This document shows, piece by piece, positions 38,438 to 48,115 of a DNA stretch of 64,000 nt. The stretch covers positions 56,967 to 120,966 of the forward strand of contig JALCQR010000003.1 in the NCBI GenBank assembly GCA_022651385.1, written 5' to 3'. Below the pieces are notes generated by a model, which saw nothing but the letters and a program-made list of their open reading frames with translations, did no database searches and had not been told where the DNA came from. Both the position numbers and the translations under genes were made by a program. This DNA is from Clostridia bacterium. GTDB taxonomy: Bacteria > Bacillota > Clostridia > Lachnospirales > Anaerotignaceae. Position 1 is the first letter of the stretch; each line of letters begins with the position of its first letter.

Positions 38438-38625
38438 GCTACTCCTCCTCAATTGTTTTGTCAAACAAATTTGCACTGTTTTTGCATTTTTCGCATTAAA
38501 ATCACTAATTTATGATGTCTTACCATACATTTTATACATATTTAAGTCTATTTAAACAACAAGTTACCATTATTTAGTTACCCATTTTGCAATCTATCAA
38601 TGTCTAATGCATTTTTTATTTAATC

Positions 38626-39453
38626 TTAGCTTGTTTCTATCTTATTAAATAACCTCATAAGAAATAACATGAGCTGTTCCCTTGTTACAAAGTTTTTATA
38701 CTGTTTATTTCCGTTTTCGTCTCCGGCAATAATGTTGTTACTTTCGGCCCATGTTCTGGCCTCTTTTGACCAGTCGGCCGGTTCTTCGGTCTTTAAACTT
38801 GATAAATATGTATTCATCATTTCATTAAATTGCGCTTGTGTCATCATATCGTCGTCATCCTCTTTTTCTTCAAAATCCTTGTAACAGACATCTAAATCAA
38901 AATTCCCGCTGCACCCGGATATGCTTCCGGAGTCTGTATATTGCCACATTGTGTGCTTTATTTCGTCATTGTTTCCCCATTGTGCGTTCCAAAAATATAG
39001 GGCGATAGATTTATCAATAACTTTCGTTAAAACGCTTTTGCTTGCATATATGCCGCATTTTAAACCCTGCGACTGTATGTAATTAATGAATGTACTACAT
39101 ATGCTGTTAATAAGTGCCTTATCGTTGTACAGATTTATGCCGTGCTTATTTTTGTAACCGTCTGCGTCCTCCATATCAAACAATATAGGCATGTCAAGCT
39201 GTTTGTCTTTAATAAGGCCATAAACATATTTAGCTTCTTTCAATGCGTCGTTTGCGCATAAAGCATAGCTGTAATGATAAACGCCGACTTTAAGCCCTGC
39301 TGCTTTTGCCCTTTTGTAATTTTCTTCAAATTTTATGTCCGTAGTGTCGGTACCGTATGAGCTTCTTATAATAACAAAGGAAAGGCCTGCCGCCTTAGCG
39401 GCGGCAAAGTCTACGGTACCATTATGTTTACTTATATCAAAACCTTTAAGCAT
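38626..39453 (-). CDS. endolysin: GH25 muramidase with a C-terminal SLH-like wall-binding segment
   Basis: N-terminal MLKGFDISKHNGTVDF...FVIIRSSYG...GVYHYSYA motifs. The C-terminal WSKEARTWAESNNIIAGDENGN...VTREQLMLFLMRL resembles one SLH repeat. Confidence 0.87.
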   Translation of the reverse strand: MLKGFDISKHNGTVDFAAAKAAGLSFVIIRSSYGTDTTDIKFEENYKRAKAAGLKVGVYHYSYALCANDALKEAKYVYGLIKDKQLDMPILFDMEDADGYKNKHGINLYNDKALINSICSTFINYIQSQGLKCGIYASKSVLTKVIDKSIALYFWNAQWGNNDEIKHTMWQYTDSGSISGCSGNFDLDVCYKDFEEKEDDDDMMTQAQFNEMMNTYLSSLKTEEPADWSKEARTWAESNNIIAGDENGNKQYKNFVTREQLMLFLMRLFNKIETS

Positions 39454-39464
39454 TTATATCACCT

Positions 39465-39824
39465 TCAGTTATTTGTGTCATTCGTTCCCGAAACCGTACT
39501 GTTTTCTTCCTTTTTCGTATCAATTGTTCCCGAAACCGTATCGTTTGTGCTTTTTACGGTATCAACTGCGGCAGTTATTTTTTCGACTGTCTCTTTGATT
39601 TTATCAATAACTGCATTTATTTCTGCTATGTTTCTGGTGCCTGCGGCGTCAATTTTAGCCTCAGCTCTTATATATGTAATAAGTGATACTGCCGAAATAA
39701 CGGCACCGGATATTGTCTGTATAGTGCTGCTGTCTGCTCCCAAAGCTGTAGCAATACCAACCGCTACACCGGCTATGCAAGCCCATAACTTTCTTGATGA
39801 TAACTTCTTAATAATTGTACTCAT
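39465..39824 (-). CDS. holin (two predicted TM segments) with a repetitive Thr/Asp-rich tail
   Basis: MSTIIKKLSSRKLWACIAGVAVGIATALGA...ISGAVISAVSLITYI. Sits immediately upstream of the endolysin. AAGGAGG RBS. The tail holds two TVSGTxDT units encoded by an exact 15-bp DNA repeat (gttcccgaaaccgta). Confidence 0.6.
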   Translation of the reverse strand: MSTIIKKLSSRKLWACIAGVAVGIATALGADSSTIQTISGAVISAVSLITYIRAEAKIDAAGTRNIAEINAVIDKIKETVEKITAAVDTVKSTNDTVSGTIDTKKEENSTVSGTNDTNN

Positions 39825-39975
39825 ATAAAATTCCTCCTTAGCAATCAATGTTTTGTTGACTTATTTTTGTTTGTGCTATCTTGGGGTAGGCTAAAAATCG
39901 TATTGATATCAAATCCCATAAATAATCACTCCTAACAATCAATATTTAATTTACTGCTTTTATACTTGTATCTGG

Positions 39976-40200
39976 TTACCGTCTTTCTTCCTCGTCCCTG
40001 ATTTCTTCTCTTAACTCGTCAAGTCTGCGGTCTGCCTGCTTCGCTGATGCCTCAACCGCCACCATTCTGTCTTGAAGCTGATTGTGTTTGTCCATTTTCT
40101 TCTCAAGATATTTAAGCCTTGTACTGAAATTGCCATAAACACAGCCAAAAGAAACGGCATAAATGATTATCTGTATCCAAAATTGTATACTAAATTCCAA
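39976..40200 (-). CDS. BhlA/UviB- or XhlA-like small membrane/coiled-coil lysis-associated protein
   Basis: 74 aa with an N-terminal TM segment followed by a charged coiled coil. The position corresponds to xhlA in PBSX. Confidence 0.45.
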   Translation of the reverse strand: MEFSIQFWIQIIIYAVSFGCVYGNFSTRLKYLEKKMDKHNQLQDRMVAVEASAKQADRRLDELREEIRDEEERR

Positions 40201-40249
40201 GTCCTCACCTTCTTATAAAAATACCCCTGCCATTCGGCAAGAGTATATA

Positions 40250-40387
40250 TTATTCTGCTGTTGTATAATCTGTACCGGTTATGTCTTTATATTCTGCTGA
40301 TGTAAGGCTGCCGCTTAAAACAAATCTTGAAACATCATCTGTGCTGTATATTCCTCTTTCGTAAAACCTTTTAACTATTTTGTACAT
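40250..40387 (-). CDS. XkdX-family small phage protein (MYKIVKRFYERGIYSTDDVSRFVLSGSLTSAEYKDITGTDYTTAE)
   Basis: 45 codons, found by my own translation and below the track cut-off. GGGAGGA RBS. The sequence pattern and position match PBSX XkdX. Confidence 0.6.
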   Translation of the reverse strand: MYKIVKRFYERGIYSTDDVSRFVLSGSLTSAEYKDITGTDYTTAE

Positions 40388-40401
40388 TATATATTCCTCC
40401 C

Positions 40402-40695
40402 TTAACTCTGCTGGTCTAAAAGTATCTGTGCCAAAACTTCATCGTGTTCGTTTTGCTTAATAATAATATTTTGCTGATTTAAAAGCGCTTCCGCCTGAAA
40501 AAGTTCATCGTCTGTTGGCTCTTTCACAGTATCTGTTACATCTTCCCAAGTACCGTTATTATATTTTTTGCCGAGAAGCGATGCATCATAGCTGTCAATC
40601 TGTATCATAGTATCCTTAGTTATTTCATTTGGTGTTTCAAGGACACTTGAACAAATATTATTGCTGTTTATTTCTGCATAAAACATTATTTTCAC
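40402..40695 (-). CDS. XkdW-position small tail-fibre-associated protein
   Basis: 97 aa. Assigned only by its position between the fibre gene and the XkdX-like gene. Confidence 0.4.
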   Translation of the reverse strand: MKIMFYAEINSNNICSSVLETPNEITKDTMIQIDSYDASLLGKKYNNGTWEDVTDTVKEPTDDELFQAEALLNQQNIIIKQNEHDEVLAQILLDQQS

Positions 40696-40700
40696 ACTCC

Positions 40701-41876
40701 TTAATAATATTCAACAACTTCAAAACCAACAACTGTACTGTTTGCATTGTTACTATTTCTATAGGCTGTAATAGTTGTTGAATTTGTAAGTTCAACTCTT
40801 GCAAATTGGTCCGCATACTCTGGAACAACATTTCCCAAATAAGATATAACCGATTTGCTTGTATCTACAGAAGAAATAGTCGCTGTAGCTGAATACACTC
40901 CAGCAAGACTTATTGTACCTCTTTGTATGCTCTTAATCACACTTATCTCCCCTCCTGTTAAAAGCGATTGAACCTGTGCTGCCACATTGTCGCCAGTAAT
41001 TACAGGCTGCCATTCTCCCCATTTTGTACTATATACTCTCACGGCTATAAGGTTACTGTAACTATGTGCCACCTGTACTCGACGTGTACTCGCTGACTGC
41101 ACGCTGTAAAAATATTGTGTAACGAACACAAATGTATCATTAGGCATTAATGCATGAAGCTCTGGATTAACTGTGCTTGTAATAGCCGCAACTACAAGCT
41201 CATATGTTGTTGTATCCAAATTTGTATTTCCTCCAGGATCATATGCTGCAACTTTGCGAAAAGCTCCTAAATTATCTCTTGCTGCATTGGCTGCATTTGC
41301 TCCGGTACCTCCATTTTTCACCGGGATTACGTCTACATCCGTATAAACTTTCTGCCAACTGCTCCAAGTCCCGGTATTGCCATCGTAGTTTCGTGTAGCC
41401 ATTATGTTATTTAGGTAACCATGTGCCAATTGCATTCTGCTTCGGCTTGAGTCTGTTGCCAAATAAAAAATTTGTATTATATAAGCATAGCTTCCTCCAA
41501 GCAAAGCATATAGTTCAGCATGATTTGTAGAAGAAAGAGAAACAAGCATAACACCGTCTGTAGAAGTATCCGCATAATCCACTGCTGTACTTGCTGCAGT
41601 TAATTTGCTTAAACCCAAAAGGTTTGCAAGCCCGTCTTTAGCCGTATTTGCCTCTGTTCCACCGCTTTTCACTGGAAGTACGCTATTATCTGCCGCCAAT
41701 TTAGTAAGTACATTTGCACCTGTAAAATCACTTGCCGGAAGCGCTGCGTCTGCTTTACCAGCATTGGCTTTCATTTGTGTGTCTATTATGTCGGCATTGT
41801 TGTTGAAGTCATCTACATCATAAAAATCATCCTGAGCCGGTTTCTTTAAATTGTAATTCGTTGTATTTGTTGCCAT
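40701..41876 (-). CDS. tail fibre protein with two tandem knob-like domains
   Basis: The MATNTTNYNLKKPAQDDFYDVDDFNNNADIID N-terminus is typical of PBSX/pyocin-type fibres. Internal duplication of about 125 aa. Confidence 0.7.
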   Translation of the reverse strand: MATNTTNYNLKKPAQDDFYDVDDFNNNADIIDTQMKANAGKADAALPASDFTGANVLTKLAADNSVLPVKSGGTEANTAKDGLANLLGLSKLTAASTAVDYADTSTDGVMLVSLSSTNHAELYALLGGSYAYIIQIFYLATDSSRSRMQLAHGYLNNIMATRNYDGNTGTWSSWQKVYTDVDVIPVKNGGTGANAANAARDNLGAFRKVAAYDPGGNTNLDTTTYELVVAAITSTVNPELHALMPNDTFVFVTQYFYSVQSASTRRVQVAHSYSNLIAVRVYSTKWGEWQPVITGDNVAAQVQSLLTGGEISVIKSIQRGTISLAGVYSATATISSVDTSKSVISYLGNVVPEYADQFARVELTNSTTITAYRNSNNANSTVVGFEVVEYY

Positions 41877-42410
41877 TTACATTGCCTCCTCTCTTAACTG
41901 CTGATGTGTATAAGCCGCCATCTCCACATGTGTCATTCCTGTAAATGTCTGGTGCTGATTGTACATAATGACAACCGATAAATATAAATCAAGCGGCAGG
42001 ATTTCGTCCAGCCGCTCATTTACTGTGCTTCTCATTTTTTTGTTTATCAATGCCAGCTTAACAGTGCATGTTTGGTCGGCTATGCTTAAGTCGTAGCTGT
42101 AGCCGTCTTCTCCGCATAGGCTTGTAAGTATCTCGTTTACCCTCTTTTCAGTAAATGGAAGATGAGCATTATACTTTGTAAGTATTGCAAATTTACGCTC
42201 ATCCAGTGTATCCGTATCCTTAGGTGTTATTTTAACAATGGCCTCATACCGTTTTACACCGGCTTTATCGGCAGTCTTTACAAACTGTTCCGCCATAACT
42301 GTGTCAACGGCTTGTGACACATTTTCAAGTGCCGGATTTTCGGCCGCCGCCAAAGAGATAAACTCACGCACATTTTTAAGAACATCAGGAATATAGTTTT
42401 CAATTTCCAT
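41877..42410 (-). CDS. XkdU/YmfQ-like (DUF2313) baseplate/tail protein
   Basis: 177 aa. Assigned by its position after the baseplate J gene and by N-terminal similarity as I recall it. Confidence 0.55.
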   Translation of the reverse strand: MEIENYIPDVLKNVREFISLAAAENPALENVSQAVDTVMAEQFVKTADKAGVKRYEAIVKITPKDTDTLDERKFAILTKYNAHLPFTEKRVNEILTSLCGEDGYSYDLSIADQTCTVKLALINKKMRSTVNERLDEILPLDLYLSVVIMYNQHQTFTGMTHVEMAAYTHQQLREEAM

Positions 42411-43461
42411 TTACAGTCCCCCTAACGGGTATGTTGTTTGTATCGATAACAAGATTGCCTGCGGCATCGTTTATTTTAAGGTTTTCTATGTCCGTAATGC
42501 CTTCAAACTCGATTAATCGGCTTTCAATCTGGCTTAGTCTTACAACAATAGTGCTGTCTTCCCATGTCTTGTTAAGCTCTAAAAAATAAGCATCAAGTAT
42601 GCTTTCTATATAGCTTTTGGCATCGTCAGCGCTCCAGCCGGAGGCATATGTAATGTCACACGTGATGTTTATGGCTGTGCTTCCAGCGGCTGTTACCGTT
42701 ACTCTGTGGCCGAACGGCGCTATGCCGTAGCCTTCGCCGCTGTTTACTACCGGGTCGATAGCTGTCTGCACCGTATTAACAAGAGTTGAGGACGGAACAC
42801 CGTAATCGCTTGATATAATTACAATGCTTACATTGCCGCCGCCCTCTGCTGCTCTGTAGGCTTTGCAGCCCCCGACGCCGTCAATGGCATCTATTTTTTC
42901 TTTGTAGTCTGACCTATTGCCGCCAAATGACTGATTGCCGAAGCTGTTAAAATACCGTGTGCGTAAGTCGTCGTCTGTTTCTTCATCTTCTCCGGGCACA
43001 AGTATTTCCGTAAGCTCGGCACTTGTCAGACCCTGCACATAATCTATAGGTACGAGGGTTCCTGTATAGCCGTTCGGCTCGTTTCCTGAGGTCTCACAGG
43101 CCAGTTTGTAGCTGTGGTCCGCATCGCTTATAAGCTCCGTGACTGTGTAGTTATAACTGTCAAGATTAAACCTGTTTCCTATAGGAACAGCGGTGTTAAA
43201 TATACCTTTCACTACGGCATATGTTGCCGCTTCACGTTCAAGACCCCTTTCAGCAACACGCTTGTCAAGATAATCACCTGTCATGGTGTCCGCAAAAGTC
43301 TCATTTAAGATTGTATCAAGACTTGTGTACATCTGCGCAAGCTCTATGGCAGCAGGTGCAATAGCGTCATATATAACACTGCCTTCCCTTTTATCCACAC
43401 TGCTGGATACCTTTGCAAGCATCTGATTTAATATGTAATCGTATGTATAGATTTCAAACAT
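42400..43461 (-). CDS. baseplate J-like protein (XkdT)
   Basis: 353 aa. N-terminal region typical of the Baseplate_J family. Position in the module agrees. Confidence 0.75.
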   Translation of the reverse strand: MFEIYTYDYILNQMLAKVSSSVDKREGSVIYDAIAPAAIELAQMYTSLDTILNETFADTMTGDYLDKRVAERGLEREAATYAVVKGIFNTAVPIGNRFNLDSYNYTVTELISDADHSYKLACETSGNEPNGYTGTLVPIDYVQGLTSAELTEILVPGEDEETDDDLRTRYFNSFGNQSFGGNRSDYKEKIDAIDGVGGCKAYRAAEGGGNVSIVIISSDYGVPSSTLVNTVQTAIDPVVNSGEGYGIAPFGHRVTVTAAGSTAINITCDITYASGWSADDAKSYIESILDAYFLELNKTWEDSTIVVRLSQIESRLIEFEGITDIENLKINDAAGNLVIDTNNIPVRGTVNGN

Positions 43462-43852
43462 TTACACTCACCCCGCTTTCAAACGCTCCGTAATCACAGG
43501 TCACCGTAAATGTAACGCTTAACGTGTTTCTTCCTGTTTTCTCAAATGAAAAGTCAGATACATCGCTTATACGGTAATCCTGAGTAAGAGCTTCTTTTAT
43601 ACGCCGTTTTAATTCAGATTTGACATAGTTTATAGGCTTGCCAAAAAGGTCCTTAAGCTCTATGCCGTAATTCCATGAAAAAATAAGCCAGTCATATCTT
43701 TCTGTATTAAGCATAAGATAGACGGCTTGTTTTACGGCTTCTATTGTGTCTTTTTTGCCTGCTATAAAGTCTTTGCTTATATTAAGTCCGTATGTTTTTG
43801 AAGGCTTTGCGGTTACTGTAATATTTGTTGTTGATAATCCTTCAGGTATCAT
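43454..43852 (-). CDS. XkdS-like (DUF2634) baseplate protein
   Basis: 132 aa. Assigned by position and by overlapping coupled starts. Confidence 0.5.
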   Translation of the reverse strand: MIPEGLSTTNITVTAKPSKTYGLNISKDFIAGKKDTIEAVKQAVYLMLNTERYDWLIFSWNYGIELKDLFGKPINYVKSELKRRIKEALTQDYRISDVSDFSFEKTGRNTLSVTFTVTCDYGAFESGVSVNV

Positions 43853-44268
43853 TCACTCACCGCCCTGTCTAAAATTAAATATTTCTGACCTCCGGCCAGC
43901 CGCATAAGTATGACCTTGTCACCGGCTTTAAGTGCATTGTAAACCGTAATCTCGTGTTTTACAGCCGGCTGCTTAAATGACATCTTTGACTCACTGCTTT
44001 CTGATGTTTCCTGCATATTAAATGTAGTAAATATCTGTTTTATGGCAGGATTATCAAAGCTTATTTTCGTTTTGTAGTCTGTCAAATACTGCGGTATTAT
44101 AAGCTGTTTTTCGCCTAAGGTAAGTTTTTGGTCAATAAAAATCTTAAGCGGCGAAACGCTTTTAACAGTTCCAAATACAATACTTACAGGCTTTGAGTTA
44201 TTGACCGCGTTTACTGCTACATTTTGTATTACTTTTACTAAATCAGTACTGTTAAGCAAGATACTCAC
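43849..44268 (-). CDS. XkdR-like (DUF2577) baseplate protein
   Basis: 139 aa. Assigned by position. Confidence 0.5.
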   Translation of the reverse strand: MSILLNSTDLVKVIQNVAVNAVNNSKPVSIVFGTVKSVSPLKIFIDQKLTLGEKQLIIPQYLTDYKTKISFDNPAIKQIFTTFNMQETSESSESKMSFKQPAVKHEITVYNALKAGDKVILMRLAGGQKYLILDRAVSE

Positions 44269-45226
44269 CGCCTGACAGCTCTAAATCCATTGTGTGCTCA
44301 GACTGTTTAAAAGTATGGGTACACTTTTCAACAATAAGCCAGTTATTTGTAAGAATGTCACCAAAGTTTAAAAACACAGGCACTTGGCTTCCCGCTCTCA
44401 CTCTTAAATCACCAAATACACCGCTTACTGAAATAGAACGTGTTTTGTTGTTATATAATTCCAGTATCATGTCAGCCACATTTTGCCCGTTTGAGATGTC
44501 GTTTATCTTGTCAAAATACTGCAGAACGCCCCATCGTTTAATCGACTCGTCACATTGCTTTGGAAAAATCTTCATTTCATGTGTACTGCTGTCCTGATAA
44601 AGAAGCTTGACTTTGTTGTAGGTCTGACTGTCTATTGAAGTCTCATAATTAAAGTCCTGCGCCGTCTGTTCCTCAATTTTAACAGGTACTTTCATGTTTC
44701 CTATGTTCTTTAAAGCAAGCTTCCCGAAATCATCATAAAGCACATACATCTTTTTTGTATTCTGCATTGTCACTTCAAGAGCGTTTTTCATCATGTCAAA
44801 AAGAGTAGTATTATCCTCAACGCGGCTGGCTATTATGTAGCCTGTGTCATCAACATCGCCTGTAAATAAGCTGAAATCTTTGGCAATCCGCTTTAAAAGC
44901 CAAGAAGCCGTCTTGTTTTCATACTGGTATGTGTCTTTGTTTTTAAAGTACCTAAGCTGGTCATATGCCGTTACCGAAATAAGCCCGTCTTTGCTCCTCG
45001 ATTTTTTAAACACAAAACCTAAAAAAACAGGTTTGCCGTCAACTCTGAACTCCACCCTGTTTCCTTCCTGAAAGTCTATAATATTATCTTTTATTACTGA
45101 AAATTCAAGCTGTCCCGGCGTTCCTTCTCTGCCTGTGGTCCACTTTATTCCTTCTTCAACAACGGGCTCGTAAACTTTGTTTTTCTGCGGATTTTCAATT
45201 GTTAGACTAATATCCATAAAAATCAC
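44252..45226 (-). CDS. XkdQ-like baseplate hub / late-control-D-like protein
   Basis: 324 aa. Assigned by its position between the LysM protein and the baseplate genes. Confidence 0.55.
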   Translation of the reverse strand: MIFMDISLTIENPQKNKVYEPVVEEGIKWTTGREGTPGQLEFSVIKDNIIDFQEGNRVEFRVDGKPVFLGFVFKKSRSKDGLISVTAYDQLRYFKNKDTYQYENKTASWLLKRIAKDFSLFTGDVDDTGYIIASRVEDNTTLFDMMKNALEVTMQNTKKMYVLYDDFGKLALKNIGNMKVPVKIEEQTAQDFNYETSIDSQTYNKVKLLYQDSSTHEMKIFPKQCDESIKRWGVLQYFDKINDISNGQNVADMILELYNNKTRSISVSGVFGDLRVRAGSQVPVFLNFGDILTNNWLIVEKCTHTFKQSEHTMDLELSGGEYLA

Positions 45227-45227
45227 C

Positions 45228-45887
45228 TCACAAAGCCGGAATAATTATTTTCTGCCCTACTGATATCCTGTTCGGATTTGCTATTGAGTTGGCTTTGGCT
45301 ATATCCGCGTATTTGCTTCCGTCGTCGTAAAATTTCTTTGCCAAAACCCACAGTGTATCACCGGATTTTACTGTGTAGCTTTTATCTTCCTGAGGCTCCG
45401 GCGAGTTATCAGTCTCGCGCTGTTTTTCAATTGTTGCCGTGCCGTCATCTGCTATGTTTACCACTGAAGTTTTAATGTCGTTATACTCCTTTAATGTAAT
45501 GCTGACCGTTATATCAAAACCGTCGCCTGCCTGTTCTTTAATCGTGTAGTCTTCGAGGCTTACCCTGATATTTGTGTCATAAAGCCCGGTGCCGTCCGGC
45601 ATTTCTCTGTTTACTATAAACCTGAAAGGCTTTTTGTCATTTTTAAGTTTCTTTAATTTGTCAAGATAGTATTTTTGATTTTTCAAGTCTCCGTTATAGT
45701 TGGCAAACGGGTATTTTACCGCCGGAATACGCATGTCAAAACTTAGCTCTGAAAGCCCCGGAGCTTTAATGAAGTTAAACTCACTTTCATTAATTAAAGT
45801 CACAGTGCTGTTTTGGTTTTTAATCTTAATTTGTAAACTTTCCGGTGCAACAGGAAGCAGTAAATCACCTAAATAAAACTCATACAT
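45228..45887 (-). CDS. LysM-domain tail protein (XkdP-like)
   Basis: C-terminal LysM domain: YTVKSGDTLWVLAKKFYDDGSKYADIAKANSIANPNRISVGQKIIIP. Confidence 0.8.
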   Translation of the reverse strand: MYEFYLGDLLLPVAPESLQIKIKNQNSTVTLINESEFNFIKAPGLSELSFDMRIPAVKYPFANYNGDLKNQKYYLDKLKKLKNDKKPFRFIVNREMPDGTGLYDTNIRVSLEDYTIKEQAGDGFDITVSITLKEYNDIKTSVVNIADDGTATIEKQRETDNSPEPQEDKSYTVKSGDTLWVLAKKFYDDGSKYADIAKANSIANPNRISVGQKIIIPAL

Positions 45888-45890
45888 TTA

Positions 45891-48047
45891 TCATCCCTCC
45901 GCCATAACCGCCATGGCCTCACTTGTTTTTCTTGCCAAATGGTCGACAACTCCGTCAATGTCCATGCCGTTTTTAACTGTGTTGTTCATGCCTGACATAT
46001 CAACATTAATAGTCGGCGTTACATAACGCATAACGATGTCACGCTCGGCCATTTTACGTAAGTATTTCATGTTGTCGTCATCGGTCTTCATGCTGCTGGC
46101 CATACTTCCGGTGTTGGCCGCCGTCTGCGCCGCATAGTTTGTACCCGCATCACTGCCGCCGTTTACACCCAAGTTCGGAATATCTGGCATATTAGGCATA
46201 GCGGGCATCTCAGGAATAACAAAGTTGTTTTTGCCAAACAAGCCCTTTGCTTTGTCTTCTATACCTTTGCCGAAATTGTTCCCGGCTTTATAAGCCTTGC
46301 TATAGCTTACTCCTTTAAATAAAACAGGCGCCCTTCTGTCTATAGTAATCGCATTCTTATTCTTTCCCCACTTGAGCACATTGCTTTGAAGTGCTGAAAG
46401 ACCGGCAGTCCAATTTGTTTTAAATATGGCATCAATAATTGTAGTAACGACTTTTCCAAGAGATAGGAACCATGAAATAATCTGGCCTATAAGATTTTTA
46501 ACGGCATCTCCAAAACTGTTAAATCCGCCGTTAGCGGCATTGAGAACAAACTCTATAATGCTGATAAAAGGTTCAATAAACGTCCATATAACCTGTATCA
46601 TGGCATTTACTACACCGGCGGCAATATTAAGAATAAAAGCACCGGCTGTTGCTATGACTCCGCATATAACGCCTGTGGCACTTATTGACGTACCCTTTAC
46701 CTTGTTTATAATTGCTATTACTATGTAAATGGCTGCAATAACAGCGATAATAGATACTATTATCCATGTGATAGGGCAGGCTAAAAGTGTTTGATTAAAT
46801 ATCATTTGTGCTTTTGTCATTCCAGTTGTTTTCAAAGTTTCTTCAGTAATAGCAGCGCCATGTGCTACTGACGCGAGTGTTGAGGCAATCTTAACCGCTT
46901 TGCTTATACCCTCGACAATAATGTTCGCCAAGACAGCTGCCTTATATAGCCCTAATATTGTTACAACAGTTAGGATTACAGGCCCGATTATCGACCAGTT
47001 ATCGCTTATAAACTTTGCCGCGGTTGCTGAAATATTTATAATACCCGAAATTGCATAAGTAATAAAACTGAAAGCCCCTGCAAGCTGTAAAATAACCTGT
47101 TTTGCGGTACCCATGTTGGCACTTATAGTATTAAAGAACTGAAGCACTGCCGGATAAACTTTGCCGCCGACCGTTTCCCTTATATCGCCCCAAGCGTTTG
47201 AAATCTGCTTAATTGCACCTGCCGGCGTCTGTGCCATGACCTGATTCATATTTCCTACATTGTCAGTTATTACCTGCGCCAAGACAGCCGCTCTCTGTTC
47301 CTCGTTGCCATATTTAAGAGCTTTTTCTTGCGCATCGTTAAATGTAATGCCAACTCTTGCAAGTGTTGTGGTCTGCCCCTGCATAGCTTTTCCCATCATA
47401 TTGCCTATGCTTACAACGTTTTGTGCTGTAACGTCAACTCCGTTTTGCTGTACCGCAAGATTATTCATAGCCGGTATCAAAGTCTTTAGTGACTTGTCGG
47501 AGTTTAAGAATGTGGCAAGCTGCTGTGCTCCTGCCATCTGCACTTCATCACCGACAACGCCTATTTTCTGCTGTGCAGCCGTGAGATTCTTAACTGACTG
47601 CACCATGCTGTCAGTAGCGCCCATTCTCTGACGCATTATAGTTGTAAGTTTTGTTTCTGCTTCTATCTGCGTGTTTTCGGCTTGTACAGAGCCGCTGAAA
47701 AAGCCTATAGTCTTTTTAATCCCCTGTAAGCCGAGATATACTCCGGCTATGCCTTTAATTTTGTTAAGCAGCCCTGCCGCCGGTGAGACTCCGCCGCTGA
47801 AATCTCTGTTAAGGCTTCTCTGCGCTTGGTCTGCCTGTGATATGTCGTTTCTTATGCCTTCAATTGCAATATCAACCTGTGCAAGTGACTCGCGTGCGGT
47901 ATTTAATGAAGCAAGGTTTACAGTTCTTCCTGACGCTCTCTCTACATTCTCAAAACTGCTTACTACATGATTAAGAGCCGTAACCATGTTTGAAATAACC
48001 GGTGTCACCCTGTCCTGAAGCTGTATTGCTGTATATATGGTTGCCAT
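45891..48047 (-). CDS. tail tape measure protein
   Basis: About 718 aa, helical and Gly/Ala-rich with a hydrophobic central block. Start trimmed to MATIYTAIQ behind an AGGGGGGG RBS. Confidence 0.85.
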   Translation of the reverse strand: MATIYTAIQLQDRVTPVISNMVTALNHVVSSFENVERASGRTVNLASLNTARESLAQVDIAIEGIRNDISQADQAQRSLNRDFSGGVSPAAGLLNKIKGIAGVYLGLQGIKKTIGFFSGSVQAENTQIEAETKLTTIMRQRMGATDSMVQSVKNLTAAQQKIGVVGDEVQMAGAQQLATFLNSDKSLKTLIPAMNNLAVQQNGVDVTAQNVVSIGNMMGKAMQGQTTTLARVGITFNDAQEKALKYGNEEQRAAVLAQVITDNVGNMNQVMAQTPAGAIKQISNAWGDIRETVGGKVYPAVLQFFNTISANMGTAKQVILQLAGAFSFITYAISGIINISATAAKFISDNWSIIGPVILTVVTILGLYKAAVLANIIVEGISKAVKIASTLASVAHGAAITEETLKTTGMTKAQMIFNQTLLACPITWIIVSIIAVIAAIYIVIAIINKVKGTSISATGVICGVIATAGAFILNIAAGVVNAMIQVIWTFIEPFISIIEFVLNAANGGFNSFGDAVKNLIGQIISWFLSLGKVVTTIIDAIFKTNWTAGLSALQSNVLKWGKNKNAITIDRRAPVLFKGVSYSKAYKAGNNFGKGIEDKAKGLFGKNNFVIPEMPAMPNMPDIPNLGVNGGSDAGTNYAAQTAANTGSMASSMKTDDDNMKYLRKMAERDIVMRYVTPTINVDMSGMNNTVKNGMDIDGVVDHLARKTSEAMAVMAEG

Positions 48048-48115
48048 TTGTTTTGCCCCCCCCTTTCTAAATTTTCGTACTAAAAAAGCACTCACGTTAA
48101 GTGAATGCTTTGCTC

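Noticed and set aside
39845-39919. 24-codon ORF (MGFDINTIFSLPQDSTNKNKSTKH) with a TAGGAGTGA RBS just upstream of the holin.
   Set aside because: It is too short and featureless to support from sequence alone. It could be a small lysis regulator, but I do not call it.
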